Source: Promethearchaeota archaeon
GTDB taxonomy: Archaea > Asgardarchaeota > Lokiarchaeia > Sigyniarchaeales > SOKP01
DNA length: 64,000 bases
Assembly (NCBI GenBank): GCA_048941285.1
Contig: JBHLNS010000004.1
Span: 64,001-128,000, forward strand
Direction of reading: 5' to 3'
The first letter of the stretch is position 1; the number at the start of each line of letters is the position of its first letter. The notes beneath the pieces are model-generated. The model saw only the letters and a list, made by a program, of their open reading frames with translations. It was not told where the DNA came from and ran no database searches. Shown here one piece after another: positions 9,129-19,113 of the stretch. A program made the translations under genes and the position numbers.

Positions 9129-10895
9129 ATGTCTGAATATCAAGTAGATGAAAAAAAAGCATGGTTTAAGAAATGGTGGCCCGAAAAAACACCTACGCAA
9201 TACAAATTTGAAAAGATTTCATTAGGAGAGTTTTTTGAAAGGCAACGCAAAAAATACGCTAATGACAGGATGATGTGGTTTATTGAATCATGGATGACTT
9301 ATGAGGAAGCTGGACAAGCTATTGATGCTCTAGCAACGTCACTTCACAAATTGGGAGTTAAAAAAGGAGACATTGTAGCTTTTTTGATGCCAAATTGTTT
9401 TCAATATGTTATAAGTTTTTACGCAGTAGCAAAATTGGGAGCAATAGCGACAGGGATAAATCCTACCTATAAAGCTTTAGAAGTATTGCATCAACTGAAA
9501 ATGACTAATTCAAAGGTTTTAATTACTTTGGATGCGTTATATGGAGAGCTAGCTCGACCTATTATTAATAAGACGAACATTGAAATGGTAATTTATACAA
9601 ATATAGCCGATTTAGCTTCAGGATTATCAGGATTAAAAAAAACATTAGGAAAACTGATTGGCAAAATTCCTAAAGGAAAAGTTGATTTTCCAAGTGCAAT
9701 TAACTTTTTAGATCTTCTTAATACTGAACCCGATCTTCCAGAAGTTAAATTTGACCCTACTGAACAAATTGCTACTTTTATTATGACTGGTGGAACTACA
9801 GGAGTTCCTAAAGCAACAGTATTGACTCATTTCAACTTGGTGTCTAATGCGATTCAATGTGTTTTATGGGTTGGTGGTGAAGATCCTGGTGTAGGTGATA
9901 TTGGGGCAATTCCATTATATCATTCATTTGCAATGACAGCAGTTATGAATGTAGCTATAGGTCTGGGTGGTTGGATGATGCTTTTCCCAAGACCACCTCC
10001 AACAGAGCAATTCTTAAAAGAAATAACTCATATAGATGCTCCTAAAGGACTTTTTTACGCAGGAGCAGAAATATTATTCAAGAGGATTGCAGATTTTCCC
10101 AATCTAGGAAAATTCCCAGAACTTATGGGGAGATTAAGATTGTGCATTTCTGGAGCTGGACCTTTACATGCTCCTGTACAGAAATCATTTCAAGAAAATA
10201 CAGGAGGAAAGATTGTAGAGGGGTATGGATTATCAGAAGCAAGTCCTGTAGTAAGTGCAGGAAATTTATTCGGGGAGAGCCCAGTTGGGACTATAGGAAT
10301 GCCATTTCCCGGTACTGATTGGGGCATTTTTGATACAGATGATTTTGAAAATGGCCCTATTGCTAATGGCTTACCGGGGTCAAAATACGGAGAGGAGCAT
10401 ACAGGAGAGATCTGTGTTTGTGGTCCACAAGTGATGAAAGGCTATTTGAATCAACCTGAAGAAACTGCAGAGACATTGAAAAAATGGGATGGTCGAACTT
10501 GGTTGCTAACTGGTGACATTGGTTTTATGAATGAAGACGGAACAATAGCAATAAGAGATAGAAAGAAACAATTAATTAAAGTTGCAGGTCATTCTGTATT
10601 CCCAGCAGAAGTCGAAACAATGCTCATGAGTCATGAAGCTGTTTCAGAAGCTGCCGTTGCTGGGTTACCTGATCCTAAAGGAAAAGTAGGTGAAATCACA
10701 AAAGCATGGGTCTCATTAAAACCTGGATACGAGGGGAAAATTACTGGAGAAGAATTAATAGCTTGGACCGAAAAGAATATGACCAAATGGAAATGCCCTG
10801 CTATAATTGATATAATTGATGAAATTCCTAAAAGCGTTATGGGAAAAGTCGAGAGACGTACTCTTCAAGAGGCAGATCCCTTATTTAAAAAATAA
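9129..10895 (+). CDS. Long-chain fatty acid-CoA ligase (AMP-binding family)
   Basis: TGGTTGVPK, EGYGLSEA, GEICVCGPQVMKGY, TGDIG, DRKKQLI, PKSVMGK. Confidence 0.94.
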   Translation: MSEYQVDEKKAWFKKWWPEKTPTQYKFEKISLGEFFERQRKKYANDRMMWFIESWMTYEEAGQAIDALATSLHKLGVKKGDIVAFLMPNCFQYVISFYAVAKLGAIATGINPTYKALEVLHQLKMTNSKVLITLDALYGELARPIINKTNIEMVIYTNIADLASGLSGLKKTLGKLIGKIPKGKVDFPSAINFLDLLNTEPDLPEVKFDPTEQIATFIMTGGTTGVPKATVLTHFNLVSNAIQCVLWVGGEDPGVGDIGAIPLYHSFAMTAVMNVAIGLGGWMMLFPRPPPTEQFLKEITHIDAPKGLFYAGAEILFKRIADFPNLGKFPELMGRLRLCISGAGPLHAPVQKSFQENTGGKIVEGYGLSEASPVVSAGNLFGESPVGTIGMPFPGTDWGIFDTDDFENGPIANGLPGSKYGEEHTGEICVCGPQVMKGYLNQPEETAETLKKWDGRTWLLTGDIGFMNEDGTIAIRDRKKQLIKVAGHSVFPAEVETMLMSHEAVSEAAVAGLPDPKGKVGEITKAWVSLKPGYEGKITGEELIAWTEKNMTKWKCPAIIDIIDEIPKSVMGKVERRTLQEADPLFKK

Positions 10896-11005
10896 TTCAT
10901 TCTTTTACTTTTTCTATTTTATTTCTGATATAAAGAATTAAAATATTAAGAAAAAACATTTCTTAATTTCATAAACTTTTGATATAATCTTTAATTTATT
11001 TTTCC

Positions 11006-12316
11006 ATGGAGCCAACACCTACTAGACACACATTCACCCACTATATTTTCTTTTGGATTGGACAGTTAATATCTATGTTAGGCTCCTCTATTACTCGTTT
11101 TGTTATAATTACATGGATAGGCGCAGAAACTTTAAGCCCTACTTTCCTTTCTATTGCTTACTTTTTAACCGCACTACCGATGGTAATCATACCACCTATA
11201 GTAGGAGTATATATTGACAGATGGAATAGAAAAATCACAATAGCATTAGCGGATTCACTTCAAGCTTTTACAACTTTCTTAATGATAATTTTTTTTGTAA
11301 GTAACATTGCTAACTATTGGCTTATAATTTATCTAAATGTTATACGAGCAATTTGTCAAGCAATTCATTTTCCTACCGTGAATGCTATAATTCCAATAAT
11401 GATCCCTAAAAAACATCTAAGTCGTATGAATGCGATTAATTATTTATTTACGGGAGGTATTCAGATAATTGGACCTATAATAGGAGGAATTTTTCTTACT
11501 ATCATTGAAAATAATCCTGCGATAAAAATAGAACATATTCTTTGGATTGATATTATCACGTTTGGTATTGCTCTCATTCCGTTATTATTAATTACTATTC
11601 CCTCGATTTCTTCAAATTTAAAACAAGCCAAGAAATTTACCTTTATAAAAGACTTCAAATTTGGTTTAAAAGTACTAAAGTTAGTAAAAAGTTTTCTTAT
11701 TTTAATTGTTTTTATATCATTTATCAATCTCCTAAATATGCCTTTTTCTACTCAAATGTTGTTATTTGTCTTAATTAATCATTCAGGTAAAGTATTAGAT
11801 TATTCACTAATAATAGCATTATTCCAAATTGGCTTTGTAATAGGAGCAATCATAGCTTTAGTTAAAAAACATTGGAAACATAAAGAATTAATAATATTGT
11901 ATTCCTGTTTTATTGGAATTGCTGGTTACTCGCTTTTAACTCTTGCTCCAAAAGGTTATTTCATTGTAATGGCATTGGGGGCATTAATTCATGGCTCTAT
12001 GATTCCTATTGCCAATACAATGTTTCTTACAATCCTTCAAACTAAAATACCAGCAGAAACTCAAGGTAGGGTATTTTCAATTGTAGCTAGCATTGCTGCT
12101 GCTGTCACTCCCCTTGGAATGCTAATTTCCGGGCCAATAGCAGATATAATTGGAATCCAATTGCTTTTCATATTTGCCTTATATTTACAATTTGTCTCGA
12201 TTGTAATAACATGGTATTTCACTGATCTCAAGAACATTATTAAAACAGAATCTAAACCAGAGATGATAAAAGAACAAAAAGAAGTACAAGTAAGACCTGA
12301 GCAAATTGAATTTTAA
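11006..12316 (+). CDS. MFS transporter (Mef/DHA3-like efflux family)
   Basis: FWIGQLISMLGS, G.YIDRWNRK motif A, QGRVFS, about 12 TM segments. Confidence 0.9.
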   Translation: MEPTPTRHTFTHYIFFWIGQLISMLGSSITRFVIITWIGAETLSPTFLSIAYFLTALPMVIIPPIVGVYIDRWNRKITIALADSLQAFTTFLMIIFFVSNIANYWLIIYLNVIRAICQAIHFPTVNAIIPIMIPKKHLSRMNAINYLFTGGIQIIGPIIGGIFLTIIENNPAIKIEHILWIDIITFGIALIPLLLITIPSISSNLKQAKKFTFIKDFKFGLKVLKLVKSFLILIVFISFINLLNMPFSTQMLLFVLINHSGKVLDYSLIIALFQIGFVIGAIIALVKKHWKHKELIILYSCFIGIAGYSLLTLAPKGYFIVMALGALIHGSMIPIANTMFLTILQTKIPAETQGRVFSIVASIAAAVTPLGMLISGPIADIIGIQLLFIFALYLQFVSIVITWYFTDLKNIIKTESKPEMIKEQKEVQVRPEQIEF

Positions 12317-12421
12317 ATATTTCTTATTTTAAATTCATATATATTAATTAAATATTAATTTTTATTTTAATTCCTTAAGATTATTTTAAAAGATTTTTAA
12401 ATTGAAAATTTAATTTTCATA

Positions 12422-13558
12422 ATGACAAAAGGAATAATTATATCTGGTGGTTGGGGCACTCGTTTACGCCCATTAACTTGTACTTTACCTAAATCACTAA
12501 TGCCCGTAGTTAATAAACCTGTAATAGAACGTCAAATTCTATTGTTAAAATCAGTTGGTATCAAAAAGGTAATATTAGCTGTCAGTGTTATGTCAGACAT
12601 TATTGAAAATTATTTTAAAGATGGGAAGAAATTAGGAATTGAAATTCAATATACAGATGAAAAAGAACCAATGGGAACTGCTGGTGCAGTAAAACTAGCT
12701 GAAGATTACTTGGAAGATGATAAATTTTTTATGTTGAATGGTGATGTCATTTTAAATTTTGATTTTAAAGCAATGATTCAAGCTCATAATAAACATAAAG
12801 GATTAGGAGTAATTGCTAGTAAAATCGTATCTGAACCATCAAGATATGGAGTTATTATTGCCGATGAAAAAACGAATAAAATTTTAAAATTTCTTGAAAA
12901 ATCTGAATACAAACCTCCAGATGGGCAACTTATTCCAATGCCCGTTAATGCTGGCGTTTACCTTTTAGAGCCTAACATTCTTCAGTATATTAAACAGAAG
13001 AAAAAGGTTTCAATGGAGAGAGTGATCTTCCCTCTTCTATGTAATGAAGGAAAATTATATCACTACTCAATTCCGGGTATTTGGAAAGATATTGGGAAAC
13101 CAGAAGAATTTTTAGAAGGAAATATTGAATTATTGAAGGATATATTGAATAATCTAAAGGAAAAAAAAGATAACTTGATTCAAGAGAATCTGGATATTGA
13201 AGGAAAAGCAATGATATATCCTCCTGTTGCTATTGGAAAAGATGTTGTAATAAGAAAAAATTGCAGTATAGGACCAAATGTAGTGATTGGTGATAATGTA
13301 TATATAGGAGAAAATACTGAAATTAAAGACACTGTAGTATACAATAAGGCTTACTTTTCTAAAAATATTAGATGTGAGAGAGCTATTATATCAGATAACT
13401 GTTTAATTCATGATGGAGTTCAATTAAAGGGGAAAAATCAGAATCTAATAATTCTTTCTTCTTTTGTGGAAGTACTAGATAATGTAAAGTTAATTGCTCC
13501 TTCTAATAGTTCTGTAACAGTTTGTCATCATGATGTAGTCAGACTGGATGTATCCTAA
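12422..13558 (+). CDS. NDP-sugar pyrophosphorylase (mannose-1-phosphate guanylyltransferase-like) with left-handed beta-helix
   Basis: GGWGTRLRPLT..PKSL.PV.NKP, EPMGTAGA, NGDV, RYGV, FLEK, NAGVY, WKDIGKP, hexapeptide repeats. Confidence 0.9.
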   Translation: MTKGIIISGGWGTRLRPLTCTLPKSLMPVVNKPVIERQILLLKSVGIKKVILAVSVMSDIIENYFKDGKKLGIEIQYTDEKEPMGTAGAVKLAEDYLEDDKFFMLNGDVILNFDFKAMIQAHNKHKGLGVIASKIVSEPSRYGVIIADEKTNKILKFLEKSEYKPPDGQLIPMPVNAGVYLLEPNILQYIKQKKKVSMERVIFPLLCNEGKLYHYSIPGIWKDIGKPEEFLEGNIELLKDILNNLKEKKDNLIQENLDIEGKAMIYPPVAIGKDVVIRKNCSIGPNVVIGDNVYIGENTEIKDTVVYNKAYFSKNIRCERAIISDNCLIHDGVQLKGKNQNLIILSSFVEVLDNVKLIAPSNSSVTVCHHDVVRLDVS

Positions 13559-13567
13559 GAATAAAAC

Positions 13568-14941
13568 TTAAATCTCTTCACGCAGTTTAGTAATCTTCTT
13601 CTTCAATTTTTTAATTCGAGAATCAGAAACATTATAGATTAGAAAATTCTCAAGAATTTTTAATGCCTTTTGATAGTACTGGATGCTATTAATGAAATCA
13701 CCATTCTTTTCTGCGTTTTCTCCTGCTTCTAAATTAAAATCTAGTTCTATTTGTTTGACTTGTTTATCTAATTCCATTAGTAATTTAGAGGTTTTATCAA
13801 TTTCTGGTTTGAAATTAAACTCTTTAGCTAAAAATAAAGCTTTTTTATACTCATCTTCTCCCACTTTATAAGCCAGAGATTTTTCAGCAGCTTTTCCCTT
13901 TTTTATTAAATCTCTTATCATTCTTTTTGCCGAATTTTCATCCATTTCTTCCACTTGTTCTTTTAATTTATCAAAATTCGAATTTGTGATTAATATAGAA
14001 GAAATTGATTGGTATTTAGCAACTTTTTCCTCTTGAGCTTCTTGAATCATTTCAATATTACTCACAGCTGTTTCTAAAGTAGTAGGATTAAAGATATTAT
14101 TCTCTACTAGATGATATATTTGATATAAGATCTCATTAGAATCAATATTTACAATGTTTTTTACTCGATTCAAAAGATTGTAAATAAAAAAAAATTGTTT
14201 CGTGGTTAATAGCTCTTTGGCAATATTGAGTATCGCTTTTTGAATCTGATTTTCTTCAATTATCTTTAAATCATTTGGGGGGATTGAATGAGCCAGAGTC
14301 ATAGGAAAAACCAATTTAATCTCAAAGTAGTCGATAATAAATTCAACCATATTTTTAGAATAAAACATTCCAGCACTTCTAAGATTATACAATTCTTTGC
14401 TAAACATTTCTTCAAATTCGAAGATGAATTGGTTAACATGGTTTTTCATATTTTCAGATGCTTTATGATCAAGCATTAAACAGAGTCGTATTACTTCTCC
14501 ATCTCTCAATAATATATTGAAATTTTGATATTGAAACTCATAGAAATTATGGGTAATTTGTGAATATGATTTCTCATAGGAGCTGTCATGGGACTCGGAA
14601 AATGTTATATTTGCTTGAATAAATCCACCCAATAAATCCGCATTAATTTCCTCTCCTGATACAGGATAATTCAATAAGGTCAAACCTGATTCATTATCCA
14701 TAATTATAATATGTCTAATATTTAGAACATCTAAAAATTTCCGCCATATTAACTCCCGTTCCATCTGAAAACGTCTTTCATCAGACTGTATCTCAAATAC
14801 TTCTAGAGTGGAATCAATTTCAAATCCAAGTTGTTTTAATCTATTTTTAATACAACTCATGCAAAATTTAGGGTATTTTGAACACTTTTCCTTAAGTTTT
14901 CCGCAATTAAATCCTAAATGGTCAATCTCAAAGTAAACCAT
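13568..14941 (-). CDS. Longin-like domain protein with N-terminal Cys cluster and C-terminal TPR-like helices
   Basis: IRHIIIMDNESGLTL...DLLGGFIQANITFS...EFQYQNFNILL.DG.VIRLCLML...FIFEFEEMF is longin-like; the C-terminal AE..GDF..SIQYYQKAL segments are TPR-like. Confidence 0.7.
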   Translation of the reverse strand: MVYFEIDHLGFNCGKLKEKCSKYPKFCMSCIKNRLKQLGFEIDSTLEVFEIQSDERRFQMERELIWRKFLDVLNIRHIIIMDNESGLTLLNYPVSGEEINADLLGGFIQANITFSESHDSSYEKSYSQITHNFYEFQYQNFNILLRDGEVIRLCLMLDHKASENMKNHVNQFIFEFEEMFSKELYNLRSAGMFYSKNMVEFIIDYFEIKLVFPMTLAHSIPPNDLKIIEENQIQKAILNIAKELLTTKQFFFIYNLLNRVKNIVNIDSNEILYQIYHLVENNIFNPTTLETAVSNIEMIQEAQEEKVAKYQSISSILITNSNFDKLKEQVEEMDENSAKRMIRDLIKKGKAAEKSLAYKVGEDEYKKALFLAKEFNFKPEIDKTSKLLMELDKQVKQIELDFNLEAGENAEKNGDFINSIQYYQKALKILENFLIYNVSDSRIKKLKKKITKLREEI

Positions 14942-15216
14942 GAAAAAATCAACACTTCAACCTGCTATTACCAAAAAGGAGAATTTAAACAATTTAAAAG
15001 ATGATATTAAATTCGTTTTTTATTTGGTTCAACATAAATTATCGAACATTTAAATTTTTAGGATAGAATCCGAATTCAAGCGAATAACACGAAATTTCTT
15101 TTTTCTCAAGATCTATAGCTTTTTACCTTCTTCTTTTTTTAGCTACTTCACTTAAATTTAAAAATTTATATAAATTAAAAACTATAAATTAAAATTGATA
15201 GGGATAACTCTTAACG

Positions 15217-16728
15217 GTGTTGATTTTGCCAGATTTAAAAATAAATGATGATTGGATCTTAAATAGAATATCTTCTCAAAGTAATAGTTTTGCACAATGG
15301 GTGGGCAATTTATTAAAGACTGTTGAAAAATCCTTGAAAATGGCACCTCCTGTAATTACTGAGCAAATAAAGAAGAATAAAGAACTTAGTTCGATAAAAG
15401 ATCTAGACAAGGATTTAGCTAAAATGAACAAAGAATTAGTGTTAGCGCAAGGAGAATTATCAAAATTGGGAGGGATAGGAAAAAAATTTTCAAATTTTGG
15501 AATGAAAATTCTTGAAGGAATCCAAAACCCACTAGAGAAGGAAATTAAAACCTCAGTTCAAAATATAATAGGTTTAGACTTAATTTCTGAATTAGATTTC
15601 ATTACTGGTAAAAGAAAAGATTTATCAAGTGCCCTTTATGATGTATCTAAAGAAAGAGGAATCGAATCAGAAGGATTATTATATTTAATACGAGCCTTGC
15701 CTGATCTTGAAGCTTTCCTTTATAGCACTAGTGTAAAGAAATACTATCGAGATCACACAGAACATGCACTTCGTGTGGCAGTATTAGGAGATTATCTATT
15801 AGAACAAGATTTTGGTCAAGGTTCCTTAGAAAGCTTAATTTCTGATCTTACAGAATTAGATAAAAATCTTCTAAAAGATAAATTTTGGTGGATCACGGGA
15901 CTAATTCATGATATTGGATATCCGCTGGGGAAAATGACTTTTGCTATTAATTATTCACTTGTTAATCAAATTTTAAAGTGCTATCCTACGATCGATTTAG
16001 AATTTATTCCGTTTGAAATAAATTTAGCTTGGAACGGTCGACAAGAGGAATATCTTAAGATTTTAGAGGAGGGCTTATCTAGAGAAGCACGTACTTTAAT
16101 AAGAAAAGGAGCAGGATTTAAGGATCAAAAATTATCTCCCCAAAATGTTCAAATTTTCTTAACTCAACCAGATGGTCATCCAGAGTATCGATATAAAGAC
16201 CCAGTCGAATTAGATCATGGTGTTATTTCTGCACTTTCTCTTCTGAAAGGGCTTGGTACTCCTCGAGAAATTGAGAAAAATGATGAATATAATGGATACA
16301 TCTTAGCAGCAAGAGCAATGGCATTACATAATTTTAAGGCACAACTTAAAGATTATGTTTTTGAAGAACAACCATTAGCGTTTTATTTAATGTTAATTGA
16401 TGAATTACAGGAATGGGGTCGACCAATTCCGATTCAAATTCGCGATACTTATTTTACTACTGAAATTAAAAAAGTTACATTATTAGATGATCTATTATTA
16501 AAAATAGATGAATTTACTTGGCTAATGCAATTTAAAAATAAACAAGCTAAAGATCTTATGGAATTCAATTTCAAATTGTATTCAAATGAAAAGAGAAAAA
16601 CATTTGAAAGAATAAAAAGTGGAGAAAATTTTCCTAGAACTACGATAAATCTCCAAGATATTGAAATCATAACAGATAAAAAGGAAAGGAAGGAAAATAT
16701 TTTAGCACAAGATATTATTATAATTTGA
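15217..16728 (+). CDS. HD-superfamily metal-dependent phosphohydrolase with N-terminal coiled coil
   Basis: RDHTEHALRV, GLIHDIGYP, DHGVISA, ALHN, LIDELQEWGR. Confidence 0.8.
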   Translation: MLILPDLKINDDWILNRISSQSNSFAQWVGNLLKTVEKSLKMAPPVITEQIKKNKELSSIKDLDKDLAKMNKELVLAQGELSKLGGIGKKFSNFGMKILEGIQNPLEKEIKTSVQNIIGLDLISELDFITGKRKDLSSALYDVSKERGIESEGLLYLIRALPDLEAFLYSTSVKKYYRDHTEHALRVAVLGDYLLEQDFGQGSLESLISDLTELDKNLLKDKFWWITGLIHDIGYPLGKMTFAINYSLVNQILKCYPTIDLEFIPFEINLAWNGRQEEYLKILEEGLSREARTLIRKGAGFKDQKLSPQNVQIFLTQPDGHPEYRYKDPVELDHGVISALSLLKGLGTPREIEKNDEYNGYILAARAMALHNFKAQLKDYVFEEQPLAFYLMLIDELQEWGRPIPIQIRDTYFTTEIKKVTLLDDLLLKIDEFTWLMQFKNKQAKDLMEFNFKLYSNEKRKTFERIKSGENFPRTTINLQDIEIITDKKERKENILAQDIIII

Positions 16729-16742
16729 GGTGATTTAAGAGT

Positions 16743-17021
16743 ATGGAAGATTTAAAAGAGAATGGTTTAAAGATATTTAATGCTATTTTTGAAGGTCAGA
16801 AAAACGTTGAAATCGAAGGTATTGAATACCCAATTAAAAAATTTTCAAGTGGAGTTAAATACGTGGATCTTTTTGGATATAGATACATAGAGCAGAATCG
16901 CAACAAAAAATCAGAATGGGGAAAAAAGGCGAGAGAAGGTCATAAAATAATGTGGATAATTAAAGGGAGAAGTTATATTGCACAAATTTTCGATGCGGAA
17001 TATAAAGATTTAAAGAAATAA
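16743..17021 (+). CDS. Conserved-looking small hypothetical protein
   Basis: GAGGTG motif overlapping the upstream stop; motif IEQN..KKSEWGK.AREGHKIMW. Confidence 0.75.
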   Translation: MEDLKENGLKIFNAIFEGQKNVEIEGIEYPIKKFSSGVKYVDLFGYRYIEQNRNKKSEWGKKAREGHKIMWIIKGRSYIAQIFDAEYKDLKK

Positions 17022-17058
17022 TCAAACATGACCTCTAATTTATTGAGAAAAAGAAAAC

Positions 17059-17086
17059 AAAATAGACTATTTTTAAATAGCTATTT
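17059..17086. promoter_or_regulatory. Tandem palindromes (candidate operator) next to a TATA-like box
   Basis: AAAATAG-A-CTATTTT (17059-17073) and AAATAGCTATTT (17075-17086), followed by TGTATAAAAAG. Confidence 0.4.
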
Positions 17087-17192
17087 TTTGTATAAAAAGT
17101 TTTAATGAGGAATTTAATTTAGAAATTGGACTCCATTTTATTTTTATCTTTGTCAATTCTTTTTTTATTTAGTGCTAAAAAAGTGAGAAATT

Positions 17193-17381
17193 ATGGAAGC
17201 TGAAATTAAAATAGATACGAATTATTATGAATTTTTGGATTTAGTTCAAAAAATATCCAAAAATTCAGTATCTATTCAAAAGGAGCTTATTAAAACAATT
17301 TATGAAAACTATGACATACATAAAGTTAAACATGAATTAGATAAGAAAATAGCATTTCTAGACAAATTAATAATTAAATAA
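17193..17381 (+). CDS. Small protein, possibly ribbon-helix-helix DNA-binding
   Basis: 62 aa; N-terminal strand EIKID followed by two amphipathic helices. Confidence 0.5.
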   Translation: MEAEIKIDTNYYEFLDLVQKISKNSVSIQKELIKTIYENYDIHKVKHELDKKIAFLDKLIIK

Positions 17382-17422
17382 ACATCAAAATATCAAATTC
17401 ACATCATTTCCATTTCCATATT

Positions 17423-17446
17423 GAGTATATTCTTTCGAATATACTC
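17423..17446. terminator. Perfect 10-bp hairpin between convergent genes
   Basis: GAGTATATTC-TTTC-GAATATACTC, ending just before the cyaB stop codon at 17448. Confidence 0.45.
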
Positions 17447-17447
17447 T

Positions 17448-18056
17448 TTAACTCTTTAAATTTCCTTTAAATCTTTCAAAAATTAGTTCTAAGTATGATT
17501 TTCTTATAGATTCTTCTTTCTTTATACTGAATAAACTCAAAAAATCAAATAGAACTGCTTTGGAATCTTCAAGATTTTCAGGAGAATCTAATAAAAATTC
17601 AACTTCTAGAAAATATTGATCCAAAATTGGCAAATAATCAATTAATGCTTCGATATAGTAATTTTTGAATTCAAATTCATATAATTCTCTTTCTTTCTTA
17701 ATAGTAAAGATTTCTCTAAATCCCAATTCTTTTAGCAATAAATTCATACTTTCAATATTTTCTATTTTGATATCAAGTTCATTACGAGTTTTTGTGGAGA
17801 GATCTAATTTTTTACCTTTATATGTGACAAAGTAATTGATAACTTGCTCATTTGTATCATCTTTTTTATTAAATTCAACTGATTTTCTCAATCTTAACGC
17901 TTCATCGGTTTTTTTAAAATCTCTTAATCCTTTTGGCATATTAAAATATGTATCCTCATGAAGAAGTGAAAATTTATAAATTCCATTATTTTCTTCAAAC
18001 TTTTTTCTTATTAATTTATGATTTGGGATTCGAACTTTTATTTCTACTTCAATCAT
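17448..18056 (-). CDS. cyaB: CYTH-domain protein (class IV adenylate cyclase CyaB-like / triphosphate tunnel metalloenzyme)
   Basis: IEVEIK (ExExK), DTYF, ALRLR, TYKG, KER..Y, FLEVE, RKSYLEL. Confidence 0.92.
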   Translation of the reverse strand: MIEVEIKVRIPNHKLIRKKFEENNGIYKFSLLHEDTYFNMPKGLRDFKKTDEALRLRKSVEFNKKDDTNEQVINYFVTYKGKKLDLSTKTRNELDIKIENIESMNLLLKELGFREIFTIKKERELYEFEFKNYYIEALIDYLPILDQYFLEVEFLLDSPENLEDSKAVLFDFLSLFSIKKEESIRKSYLELIFERFKGNLKS

Positions 18057-18147
18057 AAGAAGATTTGTCTCTCTAATAACAATTATAATTTATTATTTTT
18101 TATTAGTATTAATACAATGAAATCGAGGTGACTTTTAAATTTCTCAG

Positions 18148-19110
18148 ATGCATAAGGAAACTACAAAACTCGCAGAAAAATATGGTTATCTCCCCTATAT
18201 GGTTGAAAGATATATTCAATTCTTAGGTCTAGATGAAACAGTAAATCTTTTAAAAGCAAATGAGCATCCCTTAATTCCATCAATACGAACTAACACTCTT
18301 AAGATATCTCCTTCAAATTTAAGGAAAAAGTTGGAAATAAAAGGATTTATTTTAGAGCCAATAAAATGGATTCCATATGCCTTTAATATATTAAAAGCTC
18401 CTCATAATTTAGGGTCTTCTCATGAGTTTCTACAAGGATATTATTATATACAGAATATTGCTTCTATGCTTCCATCAATAATTCTTAACCCAAAATCAAA
18501 TGATACCGTTATCGATATGTGTGCTGCTCCAGGTAGTAAGGCAACACATTTAGCCCAATTAATGAATAATAAAGGTACATTAGTATTGTTAGATAAATCT
18601 AAAAATCGAATTCCTGCTTTAGAAGTGAATTTACGTAGATTAGGAGTAACTAATTCACTAGTATTAAATCTTGATTCAAATAAACTTCCAGAATTAAATA
18701 TTAAAGCGGATAAGATACTTTTAGATGCCCCGTGTACTGGAGAAGGACTTATAAGGCAAGATCCAAATAGAAAGAAAAGTAAAAAATTAAACGATATTAA
18801 GAGAATGGCCTCAATCCAGAAAAGATTACTTCTTGTGGGGTTAAAAACGTTAAAACCCGCAGGTGAATTATTATATAGCACATGCTCTATTGCACCTGAA
18901 GAAAATGAATTGGTTATTAATGAGATCCTAGAACAAGAAATAGATTATTCTATATCTGAGATAAACGAATATTACGGTGTTAATGGACTCACTAAAGTAT
19001 ATGGAAAGTCATTGAGAAAGGATTTAAGATATTCACAGCGATTATATCCCCATATTCATGATACTATTGGATTTTTTTTATGTTTAATAAGGAAAAAACA
19101 TGATAAGTAA
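18148..19110 (+). CDS. NOL1/NOP2/Sun-family RNA (cytosine-C5) methyltransferase, Nop2-like
   Basis: IRTNTLK, DMCAAPGSK, LLDAPCTGEG (motif IV), YSTCSIAPEENE (motif VI), YPHIHDTIGFF. Confidence 0.93.
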   Translation: MHKETTKLAEKYGYLPYMVERYIQFLGLDETVNLLKANEHPLIPSIRTNTLKISPSNLRKKLEIKGFILEPIKWIPYAFNILKAPHNLGSSHEFLQGYYYIQNIASMLPSIILNPKSNDTVIDMCAAPGSKATHLAQLMNNKGTLVLLDKSKNRIPALEVNLRRLGVTNSLVLNLDSNKLPELNIKADKILLDAPCTGEGLIRQDPNRKKSKKLNDIKRMASIQKRLLLVGLKTLKPAGELLYSTCSIAPEENELVINEILEQEIDYSISEINEYYGVNGLTKVYGKSLRKDLRYSQRLYPHIHDTIGFFLCLIRKKHDK

Positions 19111-19113
19111 TTC

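Noticed and set aside
15040-15160. Protein-like minus-strand fragment (EEGKKAIDLEKKKFRVIRLNSDSILKI) behind an A7 run
   Set aside because: Too short, no start codon in frame, no recognisable family
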